Shown one piece after another: positions 42,659-53,408 of a stretch of 64,000 bases of DNA. This DNA comes from an uncultured bacterium (GTDB taxonomy: Bacteria > Verrucomicrobiota > Verrucomicrobiia > Limisphaerales > UBA8199), in the NCBI GenBank assembly GCA_963749495.1, contig CAVVMW010000006.1:1056001-1120000 (forward strand), in the 5' to 3' direction. The position numbers and the translations under genes were made by a program. The notes under the pieces are model-generated. The model did no database searches and was not told the DNA's origin. It saw only the letters and a program-made list of their open reading frames with translations. Numbering within the stretch: position 1 is the stretch's first letter; each line of letters begins with the position of its first letter.

Positions 42659-43636
42659 ATGAACGTTTTTGTCACTGGGGGAGCCGGCTACATCGGGTCG
42701 ATTTTGGTGGAGAATTTGCTCAACGCCGGGCACGGTGTGACGGTTTACGATACTTTGACCGGGGGACACCGTGCTGCAGTCGATCCCCGCGCTCGGTTAA
42801 TTTTGGCTCGGCCGGAAATGCAGAACGATACCGTTTCGGCCGTCAAACTGGCCGCGCCTCAAGCCATTATTCACTTGGCAGGCAGTGCGCTGGTCGGGGA
42901 GTCAATGACGAATCCCGGCAAGTATTTTCGCAACAACGTCGTCCAGGGATTGCAGGTGCTCGATGCTGCAGGTGCTGCAGGTGTAAAAAAGTTTGTCTTC
43001 AGCTCCACTTGCGTCACTTACGCCAACGGTACGCCAGATCAGGTGCCTCTGACGGAGGACTCGCCTCAACGCCCGTCGAATCCGTATGGCGAGTCAAAAT
43101 TGATGTTCGAGCAGATCCTCCGGTGGTATCACCAGATTCATGGCTTGGAATTTGTGGCATTGCGTTTTTTCAACGCGGCGGGCGCTAGCCAGAATTTCGG
43201 CGAGCATCATCGAGTGGAAACCCACCTGATTCCGAATGTGCTTAAGGTCGCGCTCGGGCAGTCGGCCCACTGTCAAATCTCCGGCACCGATTATCCAACG
43301 CCGGACGGCACCTGCATCCGGGACTACATCCACATCCGCAACCTTGCCCAGGCGTTCATACTCGCACTCGAGCCCGGCAGACAGGGATTTTACAATCTCG
43401 GCAACGGCGATGGCTATTCCGTCCGTCAGGTAATCCAATGCTGCGAGACAATCACGGGCCAGAAAATCAAAACCATTGAGAAACCGCGCCGCCCTGGAGA
43501 TGCGCCGCGACGCGTCGCCTCAGCGGAAAAAGCCATCCGTGAACTTGGCTGGAAACCAAAACATCAGAGTCTCGAAAGCATCGTCGCGGCCGCCTGGCAA
43601 TGGCACAAAGCTCATCCTCAGGGGTACGCAGACTGA
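42659..43636 (+). CDS. galE: UDP-glucose 4-epimerase
   Basis: TGGAGYIGS, VGES..PGKY, FSST, PYGESK, LRFFNAAGA, DGTCIRDYIH, RRPGD. Confidence 0.95.
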   Translation: MNVFVTGGAGYIGSILVENLLNAGHGVTVYDTLTGGHRAAVDPRARLILARPEMQNDTVSAVKLAAPQAIIHLAGSALVGESMTNPGKYFRNNVVQGLQVLDAAGAAGVKKFVFSSTCVTYANGTPDQVPLTEDSPQRPSNPYGESKLMFEQILRWYHQIHGLEFVALRFFNAAGASQNFGEHHRVETHLIPNVLKVALGQSAHCQISGTDYPTPDGTCIRDYIHIRNLAQAFILALEPGRQGFYNLGNGDGYSVRQVIQCCETITGQKIKTIEKPRRPGDAPRRVASAEKAIRELGWKPKHQSLESIVAAAWQWHKAHPQGYAD

Positions 43637-43873
43637 AGCTGAGCGGGTATTAACTTCACGGTGATTTGCAAGTAGGACCGCTGGGCTGCAGTGGCTCATC
43701 GTGATGAGCATTGCGAGCCGGTCATGACCCTGCTCTGCGCCGACAAACCCGATCCGTTCTCCAAATGGCCCGCCGGTAACAATGCCTGCGGCCAACCCTG
43801 TTTCCTCCCTTGATATGAAAAATGCTCAATTCCGCGACGGTGACAAAACCCTCTTCCAGTTCAGCCGGCCCGT

Positions 43874-45028
43874 TCAGTCCCGCAGCCGCACGACGTACCA
43901 GGCCTGCGGCCCTTCGGCCACTAGTAACGTGGCGGTCGTGCTGGCCACCAGGTCCGCCCCCGTCCGCCGCTGCCAATCCGCGAGCGCAGTCTGCTGCGAG
44001 GCCAAAAACGCCCCCCCAACCACAAGGTAGCGAATGTGCCGCTGCCGGGTCGCCGCGCCTGCATCCGCGAGCAGCACATGTTCCACCCGCCGCTCGAAAT
44101 ACGGCCGCCACAGTGAAATGTCGATATCATTGCCGTCGGCCAGAAACCCCACCACCCTCAATCCGGGCGGCAGCAGCGCCCGGACGTTGGCCAGCGGGTC
44201 GGAGCGAGCGGCGTACACCGCATAAACATTGAGGGCCCGCGCCAGCAACCGGTGCCCGGGATGGCTGGCAAGCGCCCTTGACAAAACCGCTTGGGCCGGC
44301 CACAAAGGCCGGCCCGGGGTCAGGACCAGAACCAGGAAGGCGAGGCCCAGCGCCGCCCCCGCCATGACCCGCCACCAGCCCCGCCGAACGATCTCCGATT
44401 GCCGCGGGTTCAACAGCAATAAGGGCAGCAGCAAAGGGTAGTAAGGAGAAATGAGGCGCGCCCCGTCTTGCACACCCGACTTGGCGCAATACGCCCCCAA
44501 CGCCACCCACGCAGCGACCATCACGCACCAGCGGAGCCGGGTCGGCAGAGCATCCCTCCCGAAGACCGGGGCCGCCGCCTCCGCGACCTGCTCCGGCCGG
44601 GACATGCTCCGCCGCGTCGCTGGAATGAGCCGGGCCAACACCTGGAACTTCGTGCAACGCGCCCCCGCCAGCCCCGCCAGGAAGGAGACCAACACCAGCA
44701 CGCTCAGGCCGAAACCGAACCCCGCCCAGTCTTCCGTCGGCAGTTCTTTAACCTGTTGAAACCCATTCTCGAAATTCGCCTCGAGCGGCCGCGCCAGCGC
44801 CGGGGGCAGGAGCGACAGGGCGGAGCTGTTCCACCAATTCGCGGCCGGGAAGATGGGCGGCACCAGGTTATGCAGCAGGAGCAGCAACGCGTTCCCCCAG
44901 AGACCCACCCACGGGTTCTTCATCTTCATGCCGGCGCGTTCAAGCCGCAGTCCCGACCAATCGCCGCAGTAATGCAGGTTCAGCGCCGCCGTGGGCAGGA
45001 ACGAGACCGTGGCCGCCAGGAGCAACAC
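43874..45028 (-). pseudogene. C-terminal part of a GT-C/PMT-like membrane protein
   Basis: Multi-TM; starts mid-protein immediately after the upstream gene, with no proper N-terminus. Confidence 0.5.
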
Positions 45029-45052
45029 CCCCCCGTGGCCGCCTCGCTCGGC

Positions 45053-46618
45053 TCAGGGGACGGTTTTGATCAGGATGTCTTCGGTGCGGCAAACGTTGGG
45101 CCAGGCCTGGACGGCGGCGGGGAGCTTCTCGGGGTAGCGGGCTCGTTTTCGTTTGCTGCCGGGATTGCAGGCGGCGACGGCGTAGCGGACCGGGGACTCG
45201 CTGATGAGGACCAGCTTGTTGTAGCCGAGAGACTTGAGGCGGTTGAGGTCGGCTTCGTTGTCGAGGAGATCGAACAGTCCCTTGGGTGTGGGGCCATTGG
45301 GTTCGCTTTCGAGGATCGGCACCCAAAGCCCCTTGCGGCCGGAACGGAACAGGACTTCGCCGCCCCAGATCGGGTCGCAGGTATAGACCAGGAGTCGGTC
45401 GCCCGGGCGGGTGTGGCGGAGGATTTCGGCGCTCATTTGTTGTGGGAAATAGTCATAGTCGCCGGCCACTTTCATGGTGATGACGCCATCAACGGCGGAT
45501 AAGGCAAGCACCGCACCGGCCAGGGCCAGGCGGAGGGCGGGGACGGGCATTTCCCGGGCCCAGAAATCCTCCCAGCGGGCCAGCGTGGCTCCGCACAACA
45601 TCGCCACGGCGGGAGCGCACATAAGGTAGTAGTGCCGATGTTCCAAGACCAAGTGCGTGAAGACAAAAGTGGTTGCCAGGGTGGCCAGGAGCCAGAGCTT
45701 CGGGAGCTGGTTGCCTGCGCGGACCAGGGCCAGGACCAACAGCGCGCTCAGCGGCAGCGTGCCCATAGTGGCATGGAGAAAGCGCCAGCCGCCCTTAAGC
45801 CAAGGCCCGGGGCTGAGCCGGTAGTGCCAGTCGCCGAAGAACCAGTGGACAATCCAGGGGCTGTGGGAGAGACGCAGTTCGGTACAGGGGTAAAGCGCCT
45901 GGGCGGCGAGCGAGTCGGTGTATCGGGTCCACAAGGCAAAGGCGGCTGCGGCTGCCGCCCCGGCCATTGCGAGCAGGGCCCACGGGCGCCACGCGCCGAT
46001 GCCATTGACCAGGAGCAGGCACACAGCGCATAGTCCGGCGGCAAAGAACAGCGGCACCTTGAGCAGCGCGCTCAGGACCCCGAAGAGAGTGGCCGGCCAC
46101 CACCACCACGCGTTGCCGGTGCGGATCATTTTGTTGACGAAGAAAATGAACCAGAGCATCGCCGTCAGGCAAAGGCCCTCGGTGGCCGCTTCGCCCGCCA
46201 TGATGACAATCAAGGGTTCGGCCAGGAAAAAGGCCGCGGCCCAACCGGCCGCGCGCTCGCCCACGTATTGTCGCGCCAACTGGAAGAAGGGCCAAAGGCA
46301 GGTGGCAAAGAACAGGAGCGATACCAGGCTGGCCAACCCGTACCAGGTCGAGTGCGCGAGCTTGAAGGCCAGGGCGGCCGCGGCTTGCCAAACCGGTAGT
46401 TCGAGGGCGGTGGGCGTGCCGGTCGCGTTGAAGCCGACAATGACGGGGCGCAACAGGTTGATCGAGCCGTGGGCGTACTCGAGTGCGGTGCCCAGGTGGG
46501 TGGCGCGATAAAGGGATTTGCCGAGCCGGGCGCCGCCGAGGTGGAAGGCGAAGATCAAGCCCAACAACACGAGCACGAGCGGCCACAACCTCGGCCTTTT
46601 GGTTTCACTCAATTGCAC
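45053..46618 (-). CDS. ArnT/PMT-like (GT-C) membrane glycosyltransferase
   Basis: LELPVWQ, multiple TM helices, LSALLK.P, H.HYY. Confidence 0.7.
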   Translation of the reverse strand: MQLSETKRPRLWPLVLVLLGLIFAFHLGGARLGKSLYRATHLGTALEYAHGSINLLRPVIVGFNATGTPTALELPVWQAAAALAFKLAHSTWYGLASLVSLLFFATCLWPFFQLARQYVGERAAGWAAAFFLAEPLIVIMAGEAATEGLCLTAMLWFIFFVNKMIRTGNAWWWWPATLFGVLSALLKVPLFFAAGLCAVCLLLVNGIGAWRPWALLAMAGAAAAAAFALWTRYTDSLAAQALYPCTELRLSHSPWIVHWFFGDWHYRLSPGPWLKGGWRFLHATMGTLPLSALLVLALVRAGNQLPKLWLLATLATTFVFTHLVLEHRHYYLMCAPAVAMLCGATLARWEDFWAREMPVPALRLALAGAVLALSAVDGVITMKVAGDYDYFPQQMSAEILRHTRPGDRLLVYTCDPIWGGEVLFRSGRKGLWVPILESEPNGPTPKGLFDLLDNEADLNRLKSLGYNKLVLISESPVRYAVAACNPGSKRKRARYPEKLPAAVQAWPNVCRTEDILIKTVP

Positions 46619-46816
46619 TCTACCCGGCTACAAAACCCGCGGCGTGATGTCAAGGAAGTGCGGGAGGGCCAAGTGCGGTGGGCCGGTGCGTAGAGCGTGA
46701 GGGCATCGTGGCACTTGCCGCGCTCGACGCTCGCACGCTTCACGCTCCACCCCCAAGCAATCAGATCCCGGAACTTGTTTTTGCACGAGCCCTTAGACAA
46801 ACTGGACTTCATTTCA

Positions 46817-47941
46817 TCATAGCCCTATGGCTTGGTCCGCGGCGGTTTGGTAGGCGCTCACTGTTTCACGCGCGGTGCGATCCCAAGAAAACGACGCCGC
46901 TCGGGCGTGCCCTTTGTGAATCAATTCTTCGCGCAGGCGCTGGTCATTATGTAATGACGCCATCGCTGAGGCGATTTCCTCGATCGAGTAGGGATCCACC
47001 AGAAGAGCGGCGTTGCCGCACACTTCCGGAAGGCTGGTCGTGCGCGAGGAGAGTAAAGGAGTCCCCGTCGCGAACGCTTCCAAGGCGGGATAACCGAAAC
47101 CTTCCCACAGCGATGCGAAGACCGCGAACTCCGCCGCCGCATAGAGCGACGAGAGATGCTCGTCGGGAACATAGCCAAGTTCGACAATGAAATCTTTGAG
47201 CCCAAGTTTTTGTATCGTGCGGTCAAAATCCCTGGCGCTCCAGGTTTTCATTCCCGCAAACACCAACCTGGGTGCGTTTGCCACGGAACGTCGGAACTTG
47301 TCGAAGGCCTCGAGTACGCGAACCGGGTTCTTGCGCGGTTCGATCCGGCCGACCGTGATGATATACGGCTGCTCCAATCCGTATCGGCTCGCAACTTCCC
47401 TGTGTGCCGCTAACTTATCCATGGGGTGAAATCCTCCACCGCAACCGTCGGGAATCATCCTCACGCGCTCCCGGGGAAGGCCACGTACCGAAGTAAGATA
47501 GTCGTAAACATAATCGGACACGCCAATAATGAGCCGGGCCTTCTTAAACCCCCGACGAAAGAGAACCCGCATCCGCAACCCTAGCCCAAAAGGATAAAAA
47601 TCGGGGCGCTCCATCACTTCGGAACCGTGGTGCGTTAAAACGTATGGAACGGAGGTAAACGGCGGCGGAACAAACAGGGCGTGAAACAAATCCAGTTGCG
47701 CACGCGCCATCGCTTGAGGCGCGTCCCAAAGAACTCCTCGGTACCGATTCACCGGCAGGACGTGGTAATGGAAGTTGTCCGCGAGCGGACCAAGGATTTC
47801 TCGAACTCGTGGATCCAAGCAAAAGATATGGTATTCGTTGCAGGAGTTGACCCGGGCCAAAGCTTGGATCAAGTTCGTTTCATAGACTTCCAGACCGCCG
47901 ACTTTACGGCCGATCTCCAGAGTGAACAGCCCGATTTTCAT
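46817..47941 (-). CDS. GT4 glycosyltransferase
   Basis: VGRIEPRKN, SLWEGFGYPALEA, SLPEV. Confidence 0.93.
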   Translation of the reverse strand: MKIGLFTLEIGRKVGGLEVYETNLIQALARVNSCNEYHIFCLDPRVREILGPLADNFHYHVLPVNRYRGVLWDAPQAMARAQLDLFHALFVPPPFTSVPYVLTHHGSEVMERPDFYPFGLGLRMRVLFRRGFKKARLIIGVSDYVYDYLTSVRGLPRERVRMIPDGCGGGFHPMDKLAAHREVASRYGLEQPYIITVGRIEPRKNPVRVLEAFDKFRRSVANAPRLVFAGMKTWSARDFDRTIQKLGLKDFIVELGYVPDEHLSSLYAAAEFAVFASLWEGFGYPALEAFATGTPLLSSRTTSLPEVCGNAALLVDPYSIEEIASAMASLHNDQRLREELIHKGHARAASFSWDRTARETVSAYQTAADQAIGL

Positions 47942-48624
47942 GGTTCGTCATTGTTAACGCGCCTGGCAGATCCTGGTTTGTCGGTGGCCTCTGAATCCGT
48001 AGTCGATTGGATTTGGGCGTAGATCGCGAGTTCGTCCTCGCATGCTTTCGATGGGAAAAGCGCGCGGCACGTGCGGAACGCCGTCACAATGTCCGAGAGG
48101 GGGGTACGACAACGCAGATACTCAATTTGCTTGCGCACTTTGATGGCGAAAAGCTTCTGGTACTCGGACGTACTGGTGAGGAAGTCCTGCTCGTGGCGAA
48201 ACAAGATTTGCACCGGGTCACTCAGGCCGGGCTTGGCCCTGAGTATCTGGCGTTGTTCCGTCGTATAACGCTCGATCCAGTCGAGAACCTCGGGGCGCGG
48301 ACCAATGATGGTCATCTCGCCAACCAGGACGTTGAGCAACTGCGGCAACTCGTCAAACTTCCAACGCCGGAGAAAGCGGCCGACTGGCGTAATCCGGGGG
48401 TCGGCCTTAAATGTGAGTGAACCTCCGGTCTTCTCGGCGTTCCGACGCATCGTCCGAAATTTAATCATGCGGAAGGGCACGCCATTAAGTCCCGCGCGCG
48501 ACTGCATGAAAAAGATTGGCCGCCCATTGCTGGCCCACACCAGGAGTGTTATCAGGGCAAGCAGCGGACTCAAAGTGATCAGTGTGATCGCCGCGACCAA
48601 CAGATCGATCAATCGTCTAGTCAT
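47938..48624 (-). CDS. Priming sugar-phosphate transferase (Bac_transf)
   Basis: IKFRTM, DPRIT.VGRFLR..KFDELPQLLNVL.GEM..IGPRPE, KPG. Confidence 0.93.
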   Translation of the reverse strand: MTRRLIDLLVAAITLITLSPLLALITLLVWASNGRPIFFMQSRAGLNGVPFRMIKFRTMRRNAEKTGGSLTFKADPRITPVGRFLRRWKFDELPQLLNVLVGEMTIIGPRPEVLDWIERYTTEQRQILRAKPGLSDPVQILFRHEQDFLTSTSEYQKLFAIKVRKQIEYLRCRTPLSDIVTAFRTCRALFPSKACEDELAIYAQIQSTTDSEATDKPGSARRVNNDEP

Positions 48625-49840
48625 TGGATTTCATCTGCAGGAGAACTTTCGTGGCTCCTGAACTTGCTTTGGCTGTAGCGGTACGGATTGCTTGCTTGTA
48701 ATCTTTCAGCGGGTAGCGATGGCTAATCAATCCATCCACGCTCAATCTCCCTTGCTTGATCCAGTCAATGACGAGGTTGAAGGTATGAAGCTTGCGACCC
48801 TCGTAGTGCTCCCAGCCGTGGCCATGCGCCCCAATCACGTTCAGCTCGCGGAGCCAAATCACGGAGCGATCAAGTGGCGCGGGCCGGGGCACAATCCCCT
48901 CCAGCACAACCGCGCCTCGGGGCCTGGTCCAGCGCAACGCGTGGTGCAGCGTTTCCCCGCTCCCGACCGCGTCATAAACGACGGCGGCTCCATAGTGCAG
49001 AAGGCGGTTGTTCCTTCCCGTCCCGAAAACCTCCGTCCCGAGTTGGGCGGCGAGTTCCTCGTAAAGGCAGCCGGATGAATATTGTAACACCCCATGCGCG
49101 CCCATGGCTCGCGCCTGAACTGCTTGGTGCGAATACTTTGCGATGGCGATGATGTGAATCGGGATCGCCAAGGCTTTCAGGGCGAGAATCATGCCCAAAC
49201 CGATGGTCCCGCATCCAATCACAATCACTGGATCAGCGGCCTCAGGAAGCCGGCGCAGGACCGCATGAGCGCTACAGCCAAGAGGATCAAGCAGCACTGC
49301 TTGGTCATCCGTAATGTCGTTGGGAATGGGGATCAATTCCGACTGGTGACGGACCATACTCTCAGACCAACCTGCCCCATGGGAGAGTTGCGGAATGAAA
49401 CCATCCCGACGCAGGCACAAGAGGGGTAGCCCCTGTTCACACATATCACAAGGCTGCGTCTGCTCCATTGCGGCACAGGCTGCGCCGGGCACCAGAACCA
49501 CCCGCCGCCCGAGAGCCCAGTTCTTGACCGCTGATCCGAGTTCAACCACTTCCCCGACAACCTCATGTCCGAGGCAAAATGCTTGCCTAAGGCTCGGCTT
49601 GCGGGCCATATTTGCGCCCTTAAAGGAGAACCGTAGTTGAAGGGTGTTGAGGTCAGTCCCACAAATGCCCGCCAACCGACTGCGAACGCGCACCCAGGAC
49701 GGGCCGGGCAGTGGCTTTGGCGAAATCTCTTCGAGACAGACGGGCCCTCCGCGAAAGAGAAACGGCCGCCCCCGCCACCGCTGGTAAACCAGAGCTAGCA
49801 GGACGCGACTGGCAACCGGACGAAAAACGATGCCTTGCAC
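48617..49840 (-). CDS. Zn-dependent alcohol/polyol dehydrogenase (MDR)
   Basis: GICGTD, GHE, structural Cys cluster, GCGTIG. Confidence 0.9.
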   Translation of the reverse strand: MQGIVFRPVASRVLLALVYQRWRGRPFLFRGGPVCLEEISPKPLPGPSWVRVRSRLAGICGTDLNTLQLRFSFKGANMARKPSLRQAFCLGHEVVGEVVELGSAVKNWALGRRVVLVPGAACAAMEQTQPCDMCEQGLPLLCLRRDGFIPQLSHGAGWSESMVRHQSELIPIPNDITDDQAVLLDPLGCSAHAVLRRLPEAADPVIVIGCGTIGLGMILALKALAIPIHIIAIAKYSHQAVQARAMGAHGVLQYSSGCLYEELAAQLGTEVFGTGRNNRLLHYGAAVVYDAVGSGETLHHALRWTRPRGAVVLEGIVPRPAPLDRSVIWLRELNVIGAHGHGWEHYEGRKLHTFNLVIDWIKQGRLSVDGLISHRYPLKDYKQAIRTATAKASSGATKVLLQMKSND

Positions 49841-49847
49841 TTGGGTT

Positions 49848-50807
49848 TCAGTTTTTACCCCCGCTCGAAGTTGCCCGGCCGGGGCGAAGCAACTGTAGGC
49901 CGATCAGCAGGATGAAGTGTGTCGTCAGCATCGCTTTCGCCAAGAGCCTCTGCGGATGGAATTTCCCCAACTGGCAATGCTCGACGTACGCCAGGTAAGC
50001 ACCGTCGTGAAAGGCTTTGTTCATGCGCAGGCGTTTCGCGAAGGTATCCGTGCTGCCGCCTTTCCCTTCGTGGTGCACAATTCTGGCTCGGGGAACACAA
50101 AAGATTTGATACCCATGCCGCTCGATCCGCCCACAGAATTCGGCGTCGACCCAATAAAAGCGGAAGCGCTCGTCCATGCCACCGATCTCCCGCGCCAAGT
50201 CGCTGCGAACTACCAAAGAACACGCGGAGAGGATTTCCGTCCGAAACGGCTCCGCCCCATGTTCTTGTCGGCTCTGCATGTATTGGCGATACCATCAATT
50301 ATTGGGAAACCGGCGAGACAGCCAGGAACGTCGGCCAAAGATGCCGTTCATGATGGTCGGAAAACGGCGCACAACCCCCTGATCGGAACCGTCCGGATTC
50401 AAGATGGAACCGCTTGCCGCTCCAACTTCCGGGTGAGCATCGAGAAATCGAATCAACTCTTGTAACGCCCCCGGATAGATCACGGTATCGCTGTTCAGGA
50501 ACATGGTGTAACGCCCGCGAGCTTGCTTCAGGCCGACATTATTCCCTCGTACATAACCAAGACCCTCTGGAACCGTGGTTACCTTCACGGCTGGCCAAAG
50601 TCTCCTGGCAACCGCAACGCTCTCGTCAGTCGAGTTCCCGTCAACCAAAAGCAACTCGACGGAAGTTTCTCCGTGCGTCTCGACCAGGCTCTGCAAACAA
50701 GCGGCAAGATAAGAAGCAGAATTCCGATTTACGATGAGAATGGTGATGGCCGGCGTTGGCCTCGGCGGTCCTGCCTTTTGCTTTCCGCCTAATTCTTGTT
50801 CAGCCAT
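49848..50807 (-). CDS. GT2 glycosyltransferase with an in-frame TGA at 50295-50297
   Basis: LVDGNSTD, NN.G, LNSD, GGMDERF..YWVD.EFC; both halves are in the same frame. Confidence 0.85.
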
Positions 50808-51439
50808 AAGAGTAGAGTTGGATTCAGCGGGCTGGAGTAAAGCCAAATTCTGTTGGGAGTTGCAACGAATCGCCAGTACACATCCAAGATTTGACCAAGC
50901 GGCTGCAACAAGTGGGGCAGACGGTGCCACCCAAAATGACCAGACACGCTGAGCGGAACCAGCGATTCAAATCCCGCTGCCCGGACCAGTATGGCCCGCG
51001 CCTCCGGAAGCGACAGACAATGCCGCGCCCGAGTTCCGTGCAGCCAGGGCCCGTTCTTGGTCAGGTCCACAGGGCTCGATCAATTGCCCATCGCGAGGAG
51101 GAGCGCCCCCCCGCGCCGGGTAACTCGATACAGTTCCTTGGCCAGCGTGATCCGAGCTTCCCATTCAGACGCCAGAACGGGAAACCGTCCCGTAAAAACA
51201 AAATCATAGCTCGCTTCGCCAAACGGAAGTTTCAGGTCTGTGGTCGGCGTGGTCATTTCGCAATTGTGGCCGAGTTGGCACAGCCTCTGCGCCTCCGAAT
51301 CATCGTCTGGAGCAATCTGAAGACAGGAGACGGACCGGTCTTTCGAGAAGCGTCGAGCAAACTGCGGCAAGAGAAACCGTTCAACCCAAGCGGCCCCCGG
51401 CGAGGTCGTGCTGTCAATTCGGTTCTCCGCTCTGATCAT
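50789..51439 (-). CDS. Class I SAM methyltransferase-like protein with an in-frame TGA at 51080-51082
   Basis: LPFGEASYDFV, ELYRVTRRGG; the downstream ORF 50789-51070 is in the same frame. Confidence 0.7.
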
Positions 51440-51450
51440 GATGAACCAGT

Positions 51451-52248
51451 TTAACCAGCGCCCCGCTTCCGCGTCAGGAAGTATTGGTACTCGCGCATTG
51501 AGTTCACGTTTACAAACGGCCCAGCCTCGATAAACGCGAAGCACGAGCCGCGGGTGAGTAAACCTTGAAGCCATGTTTCCAATGGCTGTTCACGGTATTC
51601 ACCGAGGTGTCTGCGCAAGTCATCAACCAACTTCGCGTGAAAGAAGACGGAGCCGGTCCAGTATCGCACTTGCGCTGAGACAATCTGCCCAGGTGGAAAT
51701 GGCCGGTACGAGATCGCGCGAACGACAGTTCCATTGCAGGCTACCGCTCCGGTTCCAGAACCCGCCCGGGACGTTTCATCGGTCCCCGTCAGCAGGAAAC
51801 CGTCAACGGATGAGTCTTGCGCAAAGGCCCCAGAAAACGAATTAAAGGCTGCTTCTGCAAAAAAGATATCGCCCAGGCAGACAAGATACCAACCGGCCGA
51901 GACAGTTGATAAAGTCTCAGCCAGCGCCGGGAGAGGGCCGAGGCGGGTGCTCACGCACGCGACCGCCTTTATTTGCGCACCTGGGCATTCGTTCTTTGCA
52001 CGGTAGGCATCCAAAAAAGCCGCGACCACGGAATGGTTTTCTGGCGAACAGCAGACCGTTACCCTGTGAATTCCTGAGCAATGCAACTGCCGCATTAGGC
52101 GAGTCAGCAACGTATGCTCACCTGGAAGTGGGAAAAGGCATTTGGGCAGCTTCCGGCCGAATTCCCCGAATCTCGATCCCTTGCCGCCAGCCATAATGAC
52201 CGCTCCCACCTCCGCACTAGGAGCGCCGATCTTCAGGGGAGTGAGCAT
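51451..52248 (-). CDS. Sugar-phosphate nucleotidyltransferase (NTP_transferase)
   Basis: IMAGGKGSRF...PKCL, LGD, VNVNS. Confidence 0.85.
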   Translation of the reverse strand: MLTPLKIGAPSAEVGAVIMAGGKGSRFGEFGRKLPKCLFPLPGEHTLLTRLMRQLHCSGIHRVTVCCSPENHSVVAAFLDAYRAKNECPGAQIKAVACVSTRLGPLPALAETLSTVSAGWYLVCLGDIFFAEAAFNSFSGAFAQDSSVDGFLLTGTDETSRAGSGTGAVACNGTVVRAISYRPFPPGQIVSAQVRYWTGSVFFHAKLVDDLRRHLGEYREQPLETWLQGLLTRGSCFAFIEAGPFVNVNSMREYQYFLTRKRGAG

Positions 52249-53408
52249 AACTTCTCAGCGACTTCTGCCACCGCTTGCTCGATTCCTAAAAGCACCGCTT
52301 CGGTCATCCGACTATGAATCGGAAAGGAAATTAAGGTTTGCCAGACCCACTCCGTCACCGGTAGCGCAGCCTCGGGAGCAAAGCCGGTGAACCGATAGAG
52401 CGGAGGATCAAAATAAGAACGAACTCCGACGCCACGCGATTTGAATAGGGCTAGCACTGCGGCGAGGCCAAGATGTGTCGCAGGCGGGCAACAGACACCT
52501 AGATTCTGGAAGTTCGTATTCACATTTTCAGGGATGACCTGCGCTTTATAAACGCCCGGAAAGCGATCAAAGCACTCCATCAGGCGATGCCCGTAGGCGC
52601 GCCGCCGCGCCAGGGTTTCTGGAAAATGCTGCAACGAGTTCCTACCGATGACCGCTCTGATCTCGTCCATTTTGGCATTGAATCCAGGTCTTGCTTCTGC
52701 GGCAACCGGCGCCAGGCCGTGACATCGTAAACGCCTCGTTAGGGCGATGATGTCCGGATTGTCCGACACGATCAGGCCACCTTCAACGGCGGGGAGCGTC
52801 TTTGTGGCATGAAAACTAAAGACCTGCACGTCAGGTTCCTGCGAGATTCGCAAACCAGCTACTTCCGTCCCAAAGCCGTGGGCATTGTCATACAAGAGTT
52901 TTGCTCCGGCGCGATCGCAAAGCTTGCGGATCGCGGGGAGGTCGGCCGGCACGCCAAAAACATTCACCGGCAACACACAACGGACAGCGGTCTGCTGCGC
53001 CAAGAGCTCGGCCAAATGTTTAACGTCCAGCGTGAATGAGCCGCCTTCGATTTCACAGAACACAGGCTCAAGGCCGGCCTGGACGACGGCGTTTAAGGTT
53101 GCGATGTACGTGTAGGCCGGAAGAATGACTCGGCCGCAAGGAAGAGAAAGCGCCTTGAGCGCGAGCAAGAGTGCATCCGACCCACTCGAAACCGCTACGG
53201 TTTCTTTGACGCCTAAATAGTTGGCCAGCGACTTTTCAAATTCCTGGACATGCCGCCCATTGTTCGTGATTTGCCCCGAGGCGAGGAGTCCGGCGATGGT
53301 CTGCAACCCCTCTTCATCGACCTCAAAGTAGGGTCGGATACCTGGAATGTCCGGGTCCATCACTGATATGAAATCGTTTTTACCGCTTCGAACTGCATCC
53401 ACATCCAC
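52233..53408 (-). CDS. DegT/DnrJ/EryC1/StrS aminotransferase
   Basis: SSGSDAL, YDNAHGFG, SFHATK, EGG, GFNAKMDE. Confidence 0.93.
   Translation of the reverse strand: MDVDAVRSGKNDFISVMDPDIPGIRPYFEVDEEGLQTIAGLLASGQITNNGRHVQEFEKSLANYLGVKETVAVSSGSDALLLALKALSLPCGRVILPAYTYIATLNAVVQAGLEPVFCEIEGGSFTLDVKHLAELLAQQTAVRCVLPVNVFGVPADLPAIRKLCDRAGAKLLYDNAHGFGTEVAGLRISQEPDVQVFSFHATKTLPAVEGGLIVSDNPDIIALTRRLRCHGLAPVAAEARPGFNAKMDEIRAVIGRNSLQHFPETLARRRAYGHRLMECFDRFPGVYKAQVIPENVNTNFQNLGVCCPPATHLGLAAVLALFKSRGVGVRSYFDPPLYRFTGFAPEAALPVTEWVWQTLISFPIHSRMTEAVLLGIEQAVAEVAEKLCSLP

Noticed and set aside
50295..51082. Selenocysteine or an alternative genetic code at in-frame TGA codons
   Set aside because: Many intact genes here end in TGA, the positions are not Cys-like, and no SECIS was recognised.
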